Assembly (NCBI RefSeq): GCF_013365455.1
Contig: NZ_CP046578.1
Location: forward strand, 120,001 to 152,000
Source of the DNA: Wolbachia endosymbiont of Dirofilaria (Dirofilaria) immitis
GTDB lineage: Bacteria; Pseudomonadota; Alphaproteobacteria; Rickettsiales; Anaplasmataceae
DNA length: 32,000 bases
Direction: 5' to 3'
The first letter of the stretch is position 1, and the number at the start of each line of letters is the position of its first letter. A program made the position numbers and the translations under genes. Positions 30,437 through 32,000 of this stretch are shown one piece after another. The notes under the pieces were generated by a model that saw nothing but the letters and a program-made list of their open reading frames with translations, was not told where the DNA came from and did no database searches.

Positions 30437-31960
30437 GTGTACAAAGTGAAAAGAGCTTTAATATCAGTGTATGATAAGACAAATATAATTGATCTTGCAT
30501 CATTTTTAGTACAGAGACAAATAAAGGTTCTTTCAACAGGAAATACTTATAAAATGCTATCTGATGCTGGAATAAAAATACAGGAAATCTCAGATTATAC
30601 TCAATTTCCAGAGGTGCTAGATGGTAGAGTAAAGACTTTGCATCCTAAAGTTCATGGAGGGATACTTTGTGACCGAGAAAAGCATAGAGAGGAAATACAA
30701 GGTCTAGGGATTGAGCCTATAGATCTTCTTATAATTAATCTATATCCGTTCTGGGAAACAGTAAGCAGCAGATCAAGTGAGAAGCAAATTATAGAACAAA
30801 TTGATATTGGTGGAGTAGCACTGATTAGAGCTGCAGCAAAAAATTTTCATTTTACTTCGGTCATTTCTAGCATTCAAGATTATGAAACACTAAAAGTTGA
30901 GATGATTGAGAACAATAATGAAACAACTTTAGAGTATAGAAAGCATCTAGCAACTAAAGCGTTTGCTCTTGCAGCATACTATGATTCTAATATTTATAGT
31001 TGGTTTTTATCACAGAGTAGAAGTAGTGAGTTGCCAGAGTTTTTTACTCTATATGGATATAAAGCACAAGGACTAAGGTATGGGGAGAATCCTCACCAAA
31101 AAGCTGCATTTTATAGCAATCAATTCACAAAATATCCGCTAAAAAAAGTGTGTGGAAAAGAATTGAGTTATAACAATATATTAGATGTAGAGTCTGCGCT
31201 TAACATAGTTTCTGAATTTGAAGAACCTACGGCAGTGATAATTAAGCATAATAACCCATGTGGTGTTGCTGTTGGTAATAGTGCTTTAGAAGCATATGAG
31301 AAAGCTTTGTCGTGTGATGAAATTAGTAGTTTCGGTGGTATAGTAGCTTTAAATCGTGCTATAGATTTAAAGCTAGCAGAGAAATTAAGTGAGATCTTTT
31401 TAGAAGTAGTGATAATGCCATCAGTAAATAGTGAAGCATTGAAAGTTTTACAAAAAAAGAAGAATTTAAGAGTGGTTATTTATGAATCCTTTCAACGAAA
31501 TGCAAAGTATCAAGTCAAAAACGTTGTAGGTGGTTTTTTAGTACAAGAGAGTAATAACTATACAATAAAAATGGAAGAGATGAGCCAAGTGACTAGGCAC
31601 ACCGCAACGAAAAAAGAAAAAGAAGATCTGATTTTTGCTTGGAAAATATGTAAACACGTGAAGTCCAATGCAATAGTTATAGCAAAAAGTGGATGTACTG
31701 TTGGTATTGGTGCAGGGCAAACAAGTAGAATAGACAGTGTAAACATTGCAGTAAAAAAAGCAGGTGAAAGATGTAAAGGTGCTGTACTTGCCTCAGATGC
31801 ATTTTTCCCGTTTCCAGATAGCATAATAGAAGGTGCAAAGCATGGGGTTACAGCTATAATTCAGCCTGGCGGTTCGCTCAAAGATCAAGATGTGATAGCA
31901 GCTGCAAATGAGAGTAAAATTGCCATGTTTTTTACTGGTATTCGTAGCTTCTTTCATTAG
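30437..31960 (+). CDS. purH: Bifunctional AICAR formyltransferase/IMP cyclohydrolase PurH
   Basis: 507 aa with RALISVYDKTNIIDLASFL, EVLDGRVKTLHPKVHGGIL, LRYGENPHQKAAFY, NNPCGVAVG and AIIQPGGSLKDQDVI. Apparent GTG start. Confidence 0.95.
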   Translation: MYKVKRALISVYDKTNIIDLASFLVQRQIKVLSTGNTYKMLSDAGIKIQEISDYTQFPEVLDGRVKTLHPKVHGGILCDREKHREEIQGLGIEPIDLLIINLYPFWETVSSRSSEKQIIEQIDIGGVALIRAAAKNFHFTSVISSIQDYETLKVEMIENNNETTLEYRKHLATKAFALAAYYDSNIYSWFLSQSRSSELPEFFTLYGYKAQGLRYGENPHQKAAFYSNQFTKYPLKKVCGKELSYNNILDVESALNIVSEFEEPTAVIIKHNNPCGVAVGNSALEAYEKALSCDEISSFGGIVALNRAIDLKLAEKLSEIFLEVVIMPSVNSEALKVLQKKKNLRVVIYESFQRNAKYQVKNVVGGFLVQESNNYTIKMEEMSQVTRHTATKKEKEDLIFAWKICKHVKSNAIVIAKSGCTVGIGAGQTSRIDSVNIAVKKAGERCKGAVLASDAFFPFPDSIIEGAKHGVTAIIQPGGSLKDQDVIAAANESKIAMFFTGIRSFFH

Positions 31961-32000
31961 GTTTTATATCTTATGCTAGGAATTTTCTTTTTATGCCATC

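Overview
AT-rich, sparsely coding window that looks like an Anaplasmataceae/Rickettsiales chromosome (Wolbachia/Ehrlichia-like); the genus cannot be fixed by eye. The centre (about 10.6-25.3 kb, minus strand) is a type IV secretion (rvh/vir) gene cluster: virB3, virB4, four consecutive very large VirB6-family genes, and a small orphan gene overlapping the last one. Flanking genes are housekeeping: an M32 carboxypeptidase-like ORF, mreB, mnmA/trmU, ccmH, a DUF2125-like protein, a 2Fe-2S ferredoxin, murD, rsmD, class I lysyl-tRNA synthetase, fumC and purH. Main points for follow-up: (1) the M32-family ORF has lost its HEXXH zinc motif and looks like a pseudoenzyme; (2) three of the four VirB6 paralogs have lipobox-type N-termini and share an apparent secreted beta-rich module that VirB6-1 lacks; (3) VirB6-4 has a large inter-helix insertion with a CxxCxxCxxC cluster; (4) an uncharacterised 212-aa gene overlaps the end of the virB6 array; (5) a small membrane-protein locus near 9 kb is split at A-homopolymers. 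I saw no RNA genes, CRISPR arrays or transposases. The T4SS locus itself is a known type; no wholly new system is demonstrated.
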